DNA of 64,000 nt from Squalus acanthias (Eukaryota). Below, in pieces: positions 1 through 12,750 of the stretch. How positions within the stretch are numbered: the stretch's first letter is position 1; each line of letters starts with the position of its first letter. The DNA lies in NCBI GenBank assembly GCA_030390025.1, contig CM059438.1:63056001-63120000 (forward strand), written 5' to 3'. Position numbers and translations under genes: made by a program. The notes below the pieces were generated by a model, which ran no database searches, was not told the DNA's origin, and saw only the letters and a list, made by a program, of their open reading frames with translations.

Positions 1-870
1 TGTTCAGTTTCATTCACAGCTCCTCAGATAATGAAGCAGTCTATTCCCGAATGCAGCAAGACATTCAGGCTTGGGCCGATAAGTAGCAAGTAACATTTGC
101 GCCGCAGAAGTGCCAGGCAATGACTATCTCCAACAAGCGAGAGTCTAACCACCTCCCCTTGACATTCAACTGCATTACCATTGCCGAATCCCCCACCATC
201 AACATCCTGGGGGTCACCATTGACCAGAAACTTAACTGGCCCAGCCACATGAATACCGTGGCTACAAGAGCAGGTCAGAGGCTGGGTATTCTGCAGCGAG
301 CGTCTCACCTCCTGACTCCCCAAAGCCTTTCCACCATCTACAAGGCACAAGTCAGGAGTGTGATGGAATACTCTCCACTTGTCTGGATGAGTGCAGCTCC
401 AACAACACTCAAGAAGCTCGACACCATTCAGGACAAAGTAGCCCGCTTGATTGGCACCCCATCCACCACCTTAAATATTCCCTCCCTCCACCACTGGCGT
501 ACCGTGGCTGCAGTGTGTACCATCTACAAGATGCACTGCAGCAACTCGCCAAGGCTTCTTCGGCAGCACCTCCCAAACCCGCGACCTCTACCACCTAGAA
601 GGACAAGGGCAGCAGGCGCATGGGAACACCATCACCTGCAAGTTCCCCTCCAAGTTACACACTTAGAAGTATATCACCGATCCTTCATCGTCGCTGGATC
701 AAAATCCTGGAACTCGCTCCCTAACAGCACTGTGGGAGCACCTTCACCACATGGACTGCAGCGGTTCAAGAAGGCGGCTCACCACCACCTTCTCGAGGGC
801 AATTAGGGCTGGGCAATAAATGCTGGCCTTGCCAGCGACGCCCACATCCCAGGAACGAATTTTAAAAAAA
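1..870 (+). mobile_element. 3' part of a jockey/CR1-group LINE (family A), post-RT region and 3' UTR; runs off the window start
   Basis: ORF 120-806 (LGVTIDQKLNW...YKAQVRSVMEYSP) closely matches 20870-21560. It ends in ggcaattaggg...caataaatgctggccttgccagcgacgcccacatccc plus an A-rich tail. Confidence 0.9.
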
Positions 871-3495
871 TAACGTGATAACACACACAATTTCTTCCAG
901 GGCACTCGGTTAAAAATAAATCTCAAAATATGACAGCCTGCTAAGCAAGAGATATTGGGTGATGGGCTGCCCAAAGAAATGAAGAAAAAGAAAGGGAGGC
1001 ATAAATATTACGGAGAATCAGCATCTGAATTAGAGGAGGGATTAAGTGAGAAACCGAAGTGAATGAGTGCCACAGAGTCAAACAAAAGGGAAGAATGAAG
1101 AGAGAGATGCAGAAGTGCGCCTCACTTTAACCTCTCATCTGAACGATGGCGCCTCTGACCGTGCAGCACTCCCTCCGTACTGCACTAGATTACATGCTCA
1201 AGTCTCTGGAGTGGTGCTTGAAGCCACGACCTTCTCACTCAGAGGCGAGAGTGCTGCCAGTGAGCCAAGGCTGACACCTGTGATAAAACTGCTTTTGCTG
1301 ACGATTTATTGATTTTTGCGTTGTAGTGTAAGTGATTCACTGGGAATAGAAAATGAAAAGACTTGCATTTAAACAGCACCTTTCACGACCTCAGGAAACA
1401 ATGTTTCCTTTAAGCTGCGCGACTGTGCAGATCTCCAGGGGTCCCACACAGTCAGCTTGCTGGCTTTTAAATAGAAAAACCGTGGCCCATTCAAAATAAG
1501 GCACAGGACGTCCCAAGGCGCTTTACAGCCAATGAAGTCCTTTTTGAAGTGGAGTCACTGTTGTAATGTAGGAAACGCGGCAGCCAATTAGCGCACAGCA
1601 AGCTCCCACAAACAGCAATGTGATAATGACCAGAGAACCTGTTTCTAGTGATGTTGGTTTTGGGATAAATATTGGCCAGGACTGAGCCACAGCTGATATC
1701 GAGGGAGAGGGAGAGAAAAATTGCCTGTGTCTGTCTGCCCTCCAGCCTTGTGGATCAAGTGCATTAAAGCAATCATGCAAAATCATTAAGTCATCGGTGA
1801 AGTCATGAATGTTGGTAACACTGCGCTGATCGGGATCAGGGGCCGAGAGAGGGGTGGATATTAGTGTTTCAGTATTATTCTGCTGTTCTGTTTCATTTGA
1901 ATCGTGGTGAATTGCTCTTGATGCGCTGAATCGTGGCTGCCGCTTTTCCAAGATTATCCACAATATTCTTTTTCCCCCTGGACAGAGCTGTGTGAATCTT
2001 AGTGTTTGTGACATTGCTTCAGCCTCTATATCACTTTCTCCTGGGCACTATTCACTGCCGAATACATTTGGAAGAGAAAATGCTGCTCTGGTTTTGCAGA
2101 GGTGATTTAGATAACCATGGTGCAACATTGCAGTGCAGTCTCATCCCCAGTGCAGTAACTTGATTGCTGGCTCAGTAAATCTAGCATCAGCACTATGATT
2201 GCTGTTGCTCGGGACAGCAAGCCAGTTGTTACAAAGGTAGAGGTAGTGAGTAATTTTGACAACCGTTGAGTGGAATGCAGGCAGCTCGCCAACTTCGTGC
2301 TGCCTGCTCATTATAATGATTTCTGTGTAGCCAGCGCTGTTCATTGGCTGCATGTATCAGCAGGGGGCCCAATATCGTTAGTAACTTGCACTACTTAAAG
2401 CTAGCCTGCACTTCTTAAAGGGGAGGTGCATTGTGGCTGGAGCAGGTGCTGGGACTCGTTCTACAAGTGAATCTGACCTGGGAAAGAATGAAGACTGGCT
2501 GACCATGGGAGAAAGCGGGCCAGGTTTTCAGACGCTGCACTGGAAGGCGTGCTCGGACACTCGTTCTGCTGCAGAGGATTCAGATGAGGACTTCGATGGG
2601 CCAAGTTAGAGAAGAAGGCTGATGGGTGTACACACCAAAATGCTTGGTGCATTAGGAAGCCTGCCAGAAAGCCTGCGTTCAGTGTCAAGGAGCATGGAGG
2701 AGTCTGGCACCAACTTGACACAGGGCTTTGCGCAGAGCTTGGAGTCCATCCTTTCCAACATGGAGCTGATAGCCACCTCCATCAACACACCTGTGGAGCC
2801 AACTGTGATGCAGATGACAAGTCCGATTGCGGTAATTACAGAGGAGTCCCCCTGCTGTCTGCCACAGGACAAGTCATCGCAAGAATCCTCCTCAATCGCC
2901 TTCTCCCAGTGGCTGAAGAGCTCCTCCCAGAGTCGCAATGCGGATTCCGCCCACTAAAGGGCACAATGGAGATGATCTTCACCGCGGGTCAACTACAAGA
3001 GAAAGGCAGGGAACAGCACCAACCGCTGTACATGGCCTTCTTTGACCTCACAAAGGCCTTCGACACCGTCAACCGTGAGGGATTATGGAGTGTCCTCCTC
3101 AAACTTGGCTGCCCTCAAAAGTTTGTCACCATCCTCCGCCTGCTTCACGACGACATGCAAGCCGTGATCCTGACCAACGATCCACCACAGACCCAATTCA
3201 CGTACGGACCGGGGTCAAGTAAGGCTGTGTCATCGCACCAACGCTCTTCCTATCTTCCTGGCTGCAATGCTCCATCTCACCCTCAGTAAGCTCCCCGCTG
3301 GAGTGGAGCTAATCTACAGAACAAACGGGAAACTGTTCAACTCCGTCGACTCCAGTCCAGATCCAAGGTCGTCCCATCCTCTGTCATCGAATTACAGTAT
3401 GCAGATAGAAACATAGAAGATAGGAGCAGGAGTAGGCCATTCGGCCCCTCGAGCCTATTCCGCCATTTAATGAGATCATGGCTGATCAACCAAAT

Positions 3496-6468
3496 TCAGT
3501 ACCCTGTCCCTGCTTTCTCCCCATATCCCTTGATCCCTTTAGCCTTAAGAAATATATCTAACTCCTTCTTGAATATATTTAATGAATTGGCCTCAACTGC
3601 CTTGTGTGGTAGAGAATTCCACAGGTTCACCACTCTCTGGGTGAAGAAATTCCTCCTCATCTCAGTCCTAAATGGCTTACCCCTTATCCTTAGACTGTGA
3701 CCCCTGGTTCTGGACTCCCCCGCCATCGGGAACATCCTTCCTGTGTCTAGTCCTGTTAGAATTTTATAAGTTTCAATGAGATCCCCTCTCATTCTTCTAA
3801 ACTCTAGCGAATATAAGCCTAATCGACCCAATCTCTCCACATACGTCATTCCTGCCATCCCAGGTATCAGTCTGGTGAATCTTCGTTGCACTCTCTCTAT
3901 GGCAAGAACATCCTTCCTCAGATAAGGTGACCAAAACTGCACACAATACTCAAGGTGTGGTCTCACCAAGGCCCTGTACAACTGCAGCAAGACATCCTTG
4001 CTCCTGTACTCGAATCCTCGCTATGAAGGCCAACATACCATTTGCCTTCTTAACCGCCTGCTGCACCTGCATGCTTACCTTCAGCGACTGGTGCACAAGG
4101 ACACCCAGGTCTCATTGCACTTCCCCTTTTCCCAATCTATTGTCGTTCAGATAATAATCTGCCTTCCTGTTTTTGCCACCGAAGTGGATAACCTCGCATT
4201 TATCCACATTACTGCATATGCCATGCATCTGCCCAATCATCCCAACCTGTCCAAATCATACTGGAGTTTCTCTGCATCCTTCTCACAGCACACATGTGCA
4301 ACCAGCTTTGTGTCGTCTGCAAACTTGGAGATATTACATCTAGTTCCCTCGTCTAGATCATTTTTATATATATATTGTGAATAGCTGGGGTTCTAGCACC
4401 GATCCCTGCGGTACCCCACTAGTCACTGCCTGCCACTCGGAAAAAGACCCGTTTATTCCAACTCTTCGCTTCCTGTCTGCCAACCAGTTCTCTATCCAGG
4501 TCAGTACCTTACCCCCAATCCCATGTGCTTTAACTTTGCACGCTAATCTCTTATGCGGGACCTTATCGAAAGCCTTCTGAAAGTCCAAATACACCACATC
4601 CACTGGTTCTCCCTTATCTATTCTACCAGTTACATCCTCAAAAAATTCCAGTAGATTAGTCAAGCATGATTTACCTTTTGTAAATCCATGTTGACTTTGT
4701 CCGATCCTGTCACTGTTTTCCAAGTGCTCTGCTATTACATCTTTTATCATGGACTCTAGCATTTTCCCCACTACCGATGTCAGACTTACCGGTCTATAAT
4801 TCCCCGTTTTCTCTCTACCACCTTTTTTAAAGAGTGGGGTTACATTAGCTATCCTCCAATCCATAGGAACTGTTCCAGAGTCCATAGAATTTTGGAAGAT
4901 GACCAGCAATGCATCTACTATTTCTAGGGCCACTTCCTTAACTACCCTAGGATGTAGATCATCAGGGCCTGGGGATTTATCGGCCTTCAATCCCGTCAAT
5001 TTCCCTAACACCATTTCCCTACAAATACTGATTTCATTCAATTCCTCCCTCTCATTAGACCCTATGTTCCCCGACATCTCTGGGAGGTTATTTGTGTCCT
5101 CCTTTGTGAAGACAGAACCAAAGTATGTATTTAATTGGGCTGCCATTTCTTTGTTCCCCATTATAAATTCCACTGATTCTGACTGCAAGGGACCTATGCT
5201 TGACTTTACCAATCTTTTTCTCTTCACATATCTATAGAAGCTTTTACAGTCAGTTTTTATGTTCCCTGTAAGCTTACTCTCATAATCTATTTCCCCCCTC
5301 TTAATTAATCCCTTTGTCCTCCTTTGCTGAATCCTAAACTGCTCCCAATCCTCAGGTTTGCTGCTTTTTCTGGCCAAATTATATGTCCTCTCCTTGGATC
5401 TTACGCTATCCCTAATTTCCCTTGTTAGCCACGGTTGAGTCACCTTTTTTGTTTTATTTTTATGCCAAACAGGGATGAACAAATTCTGTAGTTCATCCAT
5501 GTGATCTTTAAATGTTTGCCATTGCCTATCCACCGTCAACCCTTTAAGTAACGTTCCCCAATCCATCCTAGCCAACTCGTGCCTCAGACCATCATAGTTT
5601 CCTTTATTTAAATTCAGGACCCTAGCCTCTGAGTCAACTACTTCACTCTCCATCTTAATGAAGAATTCTATCATCATATGATCGCTCCTCCCCAAGGGGC
5701 CTCGCACAACAAGATTGCTAATGAATCCTTTCTCATTACATAATACCCAGTCTAAGATGGCCTGATCTCTAGTTGGTTCCTCGACATATTGGTCCAGGAA
5801 ACCATCCCGTATACACTCTAGGAATTCCTCCTCCACAGTATTATTACTAATTTGGTTAGCGCAATCTATATGTAGATTACAGTCACCCATGATAACTGCT
5901 GTGCCCTTATTGCACACGTCTCTAATTTCCCGTTTAATACCATCCCCAACCTCAGCATTACTGATTGGGGGTCTGTATACAACTCCCACTAATGTTTTCT
6001 GCCCCTTGGTATTTCTCAGCTCTGCCCATACAGATTCCACATCATCAGAGCTAATATCCTTCCTTACTATTGTGTTAATCTCCTCTTTAACCAGCAATGC
6101 TACCCCACCTCCTTTTCCTTTTTTCCTGTCCTTCCTGAATATTGAATACCCCTGGATGTTGAATTCCCAGACTTGGTCATCCTGGAGCCATGTCTCCGTA
6201 ATCCCAATTATAGCATATCTGTTTACATCTATTTGCGCAGCTAATTCATCCACCTTATTACGAATGCTCCTCGCATTAAGACACAAAGCCTTCAGGCTTG
6301 ATTTTTTAACACTCTGTTCTTTTAGAATTATTATTTACTGTGGCCCTGATTGATTTACACCCTTGATTTCTCTGCCTTCCACTTTTGCTTTTCGCCTTCC
6401 TGTCTTTTGTTTCAATCCTTGCTTCCCTTTCCTTTGTCTCCCTGCACAGGTTCCCAACCCCCTGCCAT
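3496..6468 (-). pseudogene. CR1 ORF2: APE endonuclease-reverse transcriptase, frameshifted near 4364 and downstream
   Basis: 640-aa open segment (NARSI, GITETW, YRPP, NYRPVSLTS, LDFQKAFDKVPH, GVPQGSVL), then FADD and the C-terminal LVRPHLEYCVQFWSP segment. Confidence 0.93.
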
Positions 6469-6469
6469 T

Positions 6470-7415
6470 TTAGTTTAAACCCTCCCCAACAGCACTAGCA
6501 AACACTCCCCCTAGGACATCAGTCCCGGTCCTGCCCAGGTGCAAACCATCCAGTTTGTACTGGTCCCACCTCCCCCAGAACCAGTTCCAGTGTCCCAGGA
6601 ATTTGAATCCCTCCCCCTTGCACCATTCCTCTAGCCACGTATTCATTTGAAATATCCTTCTATTTCTACTCTGACTAGCACGTGGCACTGGTAGCAATCC
6701 TGAGATTACTACCTTTGAAGTCCTATTTTTTAATTTACTCCCTATATTCAGCTTTTAGGACCTCATCCCGTTTTTTACCTATATCGTTGGTACCTATATG
6801 CACCACGACAACTGGCTGTTCACCCTCCCCCTCCAGAATGCCCTGCAGCCGCTCCGAGACATCCTTGACCCTTGCACCAGGGAGGCAACATACCATTCTG
6901 GAGTCTCGTTTGCAGCCACAGAAACGCCTATCTATTCCCCTTACAATAGAATCCCCTATCACTTTAGCTCTCCCGCTTTTTTTCCTCCCGTCCTGTGCAG
7001 CAGAGCCACCCCTGGTGCCAGGAAGTTGGCGGCTGCTGCTGCCTTCCCCTGATAAGCCATCCCCCTCAACAATACCCAAAGTGGTATATCTGTTTGAAAG
7101 GGGGATGGCCACAGGGGACCCCTGCACTACCTGCCTATGCCTACTACTCTGCCTGGTGGTCACCCATTCCCTTCCTGCCTGTGCAGCCTTTACCTGCGGT
7201 GTGACCAACTCCCTAAACATGTTATCCACGATGTGTTCAGCATCACGAATGCTCCAGTATGTATCCATTCGCAGCTCCAGCGCCGCAATGCGGTCTGTCA
7301 GTAGCTGCAGCTGGATACACTTCCCGCACACATGGTCGTCAGGGACACAGGAGGTGTCCTTGATTTCCCACATAGTGCAGGAGGAGCATGCCACGGGGCC
7401 GAGCTGTGCTGCCAT
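6470..7415 (-). pseudogene. CR1 ORF1: Cys-finger/leucine zipper + SGNH esterase, broken near 6735
   Basis: CSSC...CGKC, IGDSIVR, HIGTND and DGLHL motifs in ORFs 6735-7415 and 6470-6697. Confidence 0.9.
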
Positions 7416-9196
7416 GACTTACCCTTTAATTAATTCAAATTAAATTAAATTAAATGATGACGCTTGCGTCTGCGCACACACTGAGGCCGAACTCCAAACC
7501 ATCGTCAGCACCTTCAACGAAGCGTACAAGAGCATAGGCCTTACACTAAACATCCGTAAGACAAATGTCCTCTACCAACCTGCCCCCGCCACACAGTACT
7601 GCTCCCCGATTGTCAAAATCCATGACGAGGTCTTGGACAACGTGGACCACTTTCCATACCTCGGGAGCCTACTGTCAACAAGGGCAGACGTCGATGACGA
7701 AGTTCAACACCGCCTTCAGTGTGCCAGTGCAGCTTGAGGAAGAAAGTGTTTGAAGACCAGGACCTCAAACCCAGCACCAAGCTCATGGTCTACAGAGCAG
7801 TAGTGATACCCGCCCTCCTGTATGTTTCAGAGACATGGACCATGTACAGCAGGCACCTCAAAGCACTGGAGAGGTACCACCAACGCTGCCTCTGCAAGAT
7901 CCTGCAAATCCATTGGCAGGATAGGTGCACCAACGTCAGTGTTCTCGCTCAGGCCAACATCCCCAGCATCGAAGCTTTGACTGCACTCGATCAGCTCCGA
8001 TGGACGGGCCACATCGTCCGCATGCCTGATACGAGACTCCCAAAACAAGCGCTCTACTCGGAGCTCCGACACGGCAAGAGAGCCCCAGGTGGGCAGAGGA
8101 AACGCTTCAAGGACACCCTCAAAGCCTCCTTGAAGAAGTGTAACATCCCCACCGACCCCTGGGAATCCCTGGCCCAAGACCGCACAAAGTGAAGGAGAAG
8201 CATCCGGGAAGGCACCGAACACCTCGAGTCTCTTCGCCGGGAGCAAGCGGAAGCCAAGCGCAAACAGCAGAAGGAGCGCACGTCAACCCAAGCACCCCAC
8301 CCACCCGCCCCTTCAACCACCATCTGCCCCACCTGTGACAGAGACTGTAGGTCCCGCATTGGACTCATCAGTCACCTGAGAACTCATTTTTAGTGTGGAA
8401 GCAAGTCATCCTCGGTTCCGAGGGACTGCCTAAGAAGAAGCAGTGTCTGATGGCCGATGTCTCAGCTTCCATTGCAGCACAAGCAGCACCTACCCAACGT
8501 CAGTGAAAGCTTAGACTGCTGCCATCATGGCCAGAGATACCAGGGTTCAAAGGGGCTTCCAGGGTGTCACTGCAGTCCAGCAATCTGTTCTCCAACAGAG
8601 TACTAGGATTGCTGAGGTGCTACCCTAGGGGAGTGGCAATGGCCCCATGGAGCACGAAGCTGCTGTCCTCTCTCAGGATGACAGCATTCGTCCTCCCACT
8701 CTGCCAGTGCCCTTGCTGTTGCCTGTCAGCCAGACAGCCCAGACTGCTGCCCCCTAGGCCGAGGTGGTGCAGTCGGCAGCCGGGCATTCAAGGCCAAGTG
8801 CTGCTCGAGTTCATCATCCAAGGCCACCTGCAGTCTCCTCCACAGTAAGTCAGCAGCCTTCCACCAGCCATGCTGCAGCCACTGGGGTAGCACCTCGTAG
8901 GAGCACTAGGACAGGCAAAGAAAAAAAGAAAGACTTATATTTATATAGTGCCTTTCACGCTCACCGGACACAGAAGAGACACTAAGGGAATGCACAAGGG
9001 TGATTAAATCATGCCATATTGCATACAAAACTAAAGTATTTTATAAATTTGGATTGGAATGTGTATTTTGTGTTGACTTTTATTTTTGCATTGTGGGCAA
9101 GAGGATGATGTGCTGGTCAGTGCCAGAGGACAGGTAAGAAGTGTGGGACTGTTGGTGAATGGGGAATTGTGGTTGAGGTAACTGGTTTCTCTCAAA

Positions 9197-10210
9197 TTAT
9201 TTGTTCATGTACTGCCCGGGCAGAAAGGAGCTGTCATGGTGGCAGCCTCCCTTTCTCTTCCACCTCCTCCTCCTCCTCGGTCTCCTCCTGTGCAGCATGC
9301 AGCATACCACGACAAATCTTGAGACCTGCTCAGCCAAGTACTGCAGGGTTTCTCCAGAATGGTCCAGGCAGCAGAATCGTTGCTTCAGGATACCAGTGAT
9401 CTGCCCTGTCTGATTTCTTGTGGCAGCATGGCTGCGCACGTGTGCGTGGGTTGCGGACCGGAGTCACGAGCCATGTCATCAGCGGATAGCCCTTGTCGCC
9501 CAGTAGCCACCCTTTGGTTTGCCGTGGTGGTTGCAATACAGCGGGCTGCCGCAGAATGAATGCATCATAACTGCTGCCAGGATACCGAGCATTGACCTGC
9601 ATGATGCGCTGCCGATGGTCACACACCAGCTGCACGTTGAGGGAGTGGAATCCCTTTCGTTTCAGGTACATGGCAGAGTTGACATGAGGCGCACCCAAAG
9701 CAATGTGCGTGCAGTCAATGACACCCTGCACCATGGGGAAGCCTGCAATCCTTGCAAACCCTCGTGCTCACTCCGCTTGCTTCTCTCTGGCAAGAGGGAA
9801 TGAGATGAAGCTGTCGGATTGCATAGAGAGCCTCGGTGATCGCTCTTCTGCAGCAGTGCACTGCAAACTGTGAGATGTTGCTTATATCTCCAGCAGCAGC
9901 CAAGAAGGAGCCAGATGCATAAAAGTTCTTCGCCACGGTCACCTTCACAACCACTGGCAGTGCGGTCCTTGCCCTGCTCTGAGTTTGGATTTGTGGCTGC
10001 AGCAGTTGGTAGATTTCAGTGACGACCTGCTTAGTGAAGTGCAGACGTCTCGAACATTGATCCTCACTGAGGTTCCGGTAGGAGAATTGCTCCCTAAAGA
10101 TCCTGGATATGGCCTCCTGCTGAGAGCCCTTCTCCCCCCTCCTCCTCCTCCCTCATCTAGCAGCTTGTCCTGCTCTGCGTGGCCTTTGCTCCTTCTCCTA
10201 GTCATGATCA
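9197..10210 (-). pseudogene. Harbinger (HARBI1-like) DDE transposase, frameshifted
   Basis: Motifs FYASGSF, VQGVIDCTHI, RKGFHSLNVQLVCD, ARYPGSSYDA, WLLGDKGYPL and GILKQRFCCLD are spread over several frames. Confidence 0.9.
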
Positions 10211-11019
10211 ATGCCAAGAGGAAGGTCTACTGGTCCCACCCATTCGTGGAAGCAACTGGTTTGTGCAGAAGCCTTGAAGTCAGCAGAAATGTACTGTAGC
10301 AGCTGCCAGCCCACTCCTTGTAGACTTTTAAAACTTTAAACAACTATGGAAAGCACCCAAAACTCGTAGAATTGCAGCAACAGCCAGAAGAAATACTCCA
10401 GCAACTAACTTGCAAGTAGTTGATGATCCCTTTAAATAGCGCTGATGGGGGGGGGGGTCCTTCATGCTGCTTAACTTCGTGTTCAGCAGTACGAGGTTAA
10501 CAGAGGGTGTCGGCTGGAGCGTTGAGGTCCAAGATGGCAGCACTGAAGTCAAATCAGCATTGCACGAAGTCATGATCTGCCTGCCCAGCATGCTGCCGGC
10601 GGACGTTAGGTGTGCTCACGCTAACCCCTTTACCAATATGGCGTCCGGCACACTTAGCGTAAGAAATGTGGGCACGTGCCGCGGATGCCATTTTGGAACC
10701 TTAAACGGGCACTACCGAGTACAATTTCTCCCCCAGCCCCGATTCCAACCTCGTTGCCACCTGGAAACATTTGCCCCGCTTCCAGGTCAAGCTGCCTTAC
10801 CCCAGCCTTTTAAAAGTTGACCTGACCACTTGAAAAAAAACCCTCATTTTAATTTTCAAAAAAAAAGGAAAAGTAAAGTGAAAATTGGATTTTCAGTTGA
10901 CCAACCAGACCATCAGTTGCCACAAAATTACCTCAACAGTGACTCTCCCATATCCACCCCCAGCTCACAGAGGCACAGTTAGTGCTGGCATTCTCCTTCC
11001 TCCCCACTCCAAAGCACTA

Positions 11020-11310
11020 CTCCCGGATTCTGCACCTTTCCTTCTTCCCTTATTTTTTCCTTTGCCTCCTGCTTTTGTTGCCATCCATTTTTCTCTTCAT
11101 TGCCATTCGTGCCCTTTCTCTCCCTCATTCCCCCTTTCTCTCCCTCATTCCCCCTTTCTCTCCCTCATTCCCCCTTCCCTAACCCTTCCATTTTCCCCCT
11201 TCCCACTCGACTTCACTGCCATCATTCCCCCTTTCTCTCCCTTTCATTTCCCTTTTCCTGTTCCCCTTCAATCCCATCATCATTTCCCCCTCTTCCCTGT
11301 CCCCTCAGCA
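11020..11310. repeat. Polypyrimidine low-complexity tract with about 3 tandem 20-bp units (tccctcattccccctttctc)
   Basis: Read directly; tandem units at 11121-11180. Confidence 0.8.
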
Positions 11311-11700
11311 TCGCTCCTACCTGATTCTGGCCCCTGCACATTGAAGATGGAGTTCCTATGAAAATTCCCTCCGGCAGTACTCAGTGGCTGGAATCACTTC
11401 CATTAGCAGCAGGACATACTTAGGAACGAGACTAAGGGGGGAGAGGGAGCCGAAACAGATTATCTGGTCATAAAGCAGCAGTATTTGCGTCTGATAGACA
11501 AGAAGTATTATCTTAATGAGGCCACCTTACTGGTAACGGCCTTGCGGCAATGCCATGAAAAGAAGCCCCCTTGGGGGGTATCTGAAGCAGTTGCTTCTGT
11601 TAAGTTTTTCCTTGCACACTGGTTGCGCATAACTTCATCTAGTTTCATGGGAACCATTCATAGATATGCCGGACTCTACTTTTACACACAGCCCCACAGA

Positions 11701-12053
11701 TAGGGTTGTCAAATCTGGTTGGACATTTTCCTGGAGGTTTCATCACATGACCTGTGGCTTCCAACTGCCCCGCCCCCACATTTCTACCATTGGCCCCCCA
11801 GCACATCCAAACTTGTGGAAAGCAAACGGATTCTTCGTTACCCGATTGGAGGAGCCCTGACCATTAGATAAACAGCCTTTCCCCCTCCCTCCCCGCCCCA
11901 CTTCCAATATTTTCATAACTAATAAACAAAAGTGTTCAAAGAAAATTAAAAACAAAAAATTATTTTTAATGCCCCGATGATTTGTCTCCCGGGTTGGCTC
12001 GCAGCCGTTGTCCTGGAGACTCCAGGGCAATCCAGGAGGGTTGGCAACCCCTC
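11701..12053. mobile_element. hAT-type MITE
   Basis: Ends tagggttgtcaa / ttggcaacccct; 8-bp direct repeat CCCACAGA on both flanks (11693-11700, 12054-12061). Confidence 0.85.
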
Positions 12054-12750
12054 CCCACAGAGAGCAATGCCGCGGAGCTGGCTCCCGTGTGTACAGAAAT
12101 GAACCTGACTCCCTTATCCCCGCAGAGCAATCACAGGGCCACTTCTTTAGACTGTGGCGTGGAGCTAAAAGAGGGAGACTGGATCTGCACTGCCTATCAT
12201 TTTGCAAGATTATGTGATGTTAGACGAGGGCTGCGATAATGTCCGAGGACAGAAAAAATGGAAATTGTATTTTTCTTTGTAAACTATTTTTTAAAAAAGC
12301 ACAATGTTCACAGCTTGTCTACTAGCGTTGGACACATATTAATGTCTGTTCTGGGATGAACTAGCTGTTTTCTTCACCTCTGCAGAATGCTCAGTTTATT
12401 GTGGACCCAGGTTCTGATAAAATTAAACAATTGAAGGGCTGCCACAGTGTAACTTTTTTGACACTCTTATTTGTACGTGACTGCATGGCAGAAAATCCCT
12501 GCTTGAGAATTCATCGGTTGCAATTCTCCCAACCTCTTCAGTCAGCTGGGGAGGGGGAGGAAATTCTGACACGTACGTCCAGTGTAGTCAACCTACGATT
12601 GCACTGGCTCCTCACATTTGCGTAGTCACAGCCAGCGCTCCCTTATCCCGTTTAATGTGTCCACGATACCATCGCAATAAGGGAGCCGGGCTTCTTTACC
12701 CTAAGGTGTGCAGTGGATAGGTTTCCCTGCATTGCCTGCGTGGAACTAAC

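Larger units (their letters stand above)
3407..7455 (-). mobile_element. Near full-length CR1 LINE (ORF1 + ORF2), inactivated by frameshifts
   Basis: ORF1 with Cys finger and esterase; ORF2 with APE endonuclease and RT; CR1-type 3' UTR (gaatggcctactcctgctcct) and tctatgtttct tail at the 3407 end. Confidence 0.96.
2814..8440 (+). mobile_element. 5'-truncated RTE-clade LINE (2814-3406 and 7456-8440), split by a CR1 insertion
   Basis: CGNYRG..LL, LPESQCGFR, FFDLTKAFDTVNR, LQYAD|DAC, QLRWTGHIVRM, C-terminal CPTC...HLRTH finger and (AAG)n tail. GCAG is duplicated at 2810-2813 and 8440-8443. Confidence 0.93.
2070..10734. mobile_element. Degenerate PIF/Harbinger DNA transposon (Myb-like gene remnant on +, transposase on -), interrupted by nested RTE and CR1 LINEs
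   Basis: HARBI1-like fragments on the minus strand. Myb-like N-terminus ADHGRKRARFSDAALE at ~2495. Regions 2600-2813 and 8441 onward match the second Harbinger at ~33900-34150 (reverse complement). Loose TIR-like ends ggaagagaaaatg / caatttctccccc; boundaries approximate. Confidence 0.8.

Noticed and set aside
2622..2957. 111-aa ORF as a novel gene
   Set aside because: Chimeric read-through across the Harbinger/RTE junction at 2813.
6682..7443. 253-aa plus-strand ORF and other ORFs antisense to LINEs
   Set aside because: Shadow ORFs opposite CR1/RTE coding sequence, with no recognisable domain.
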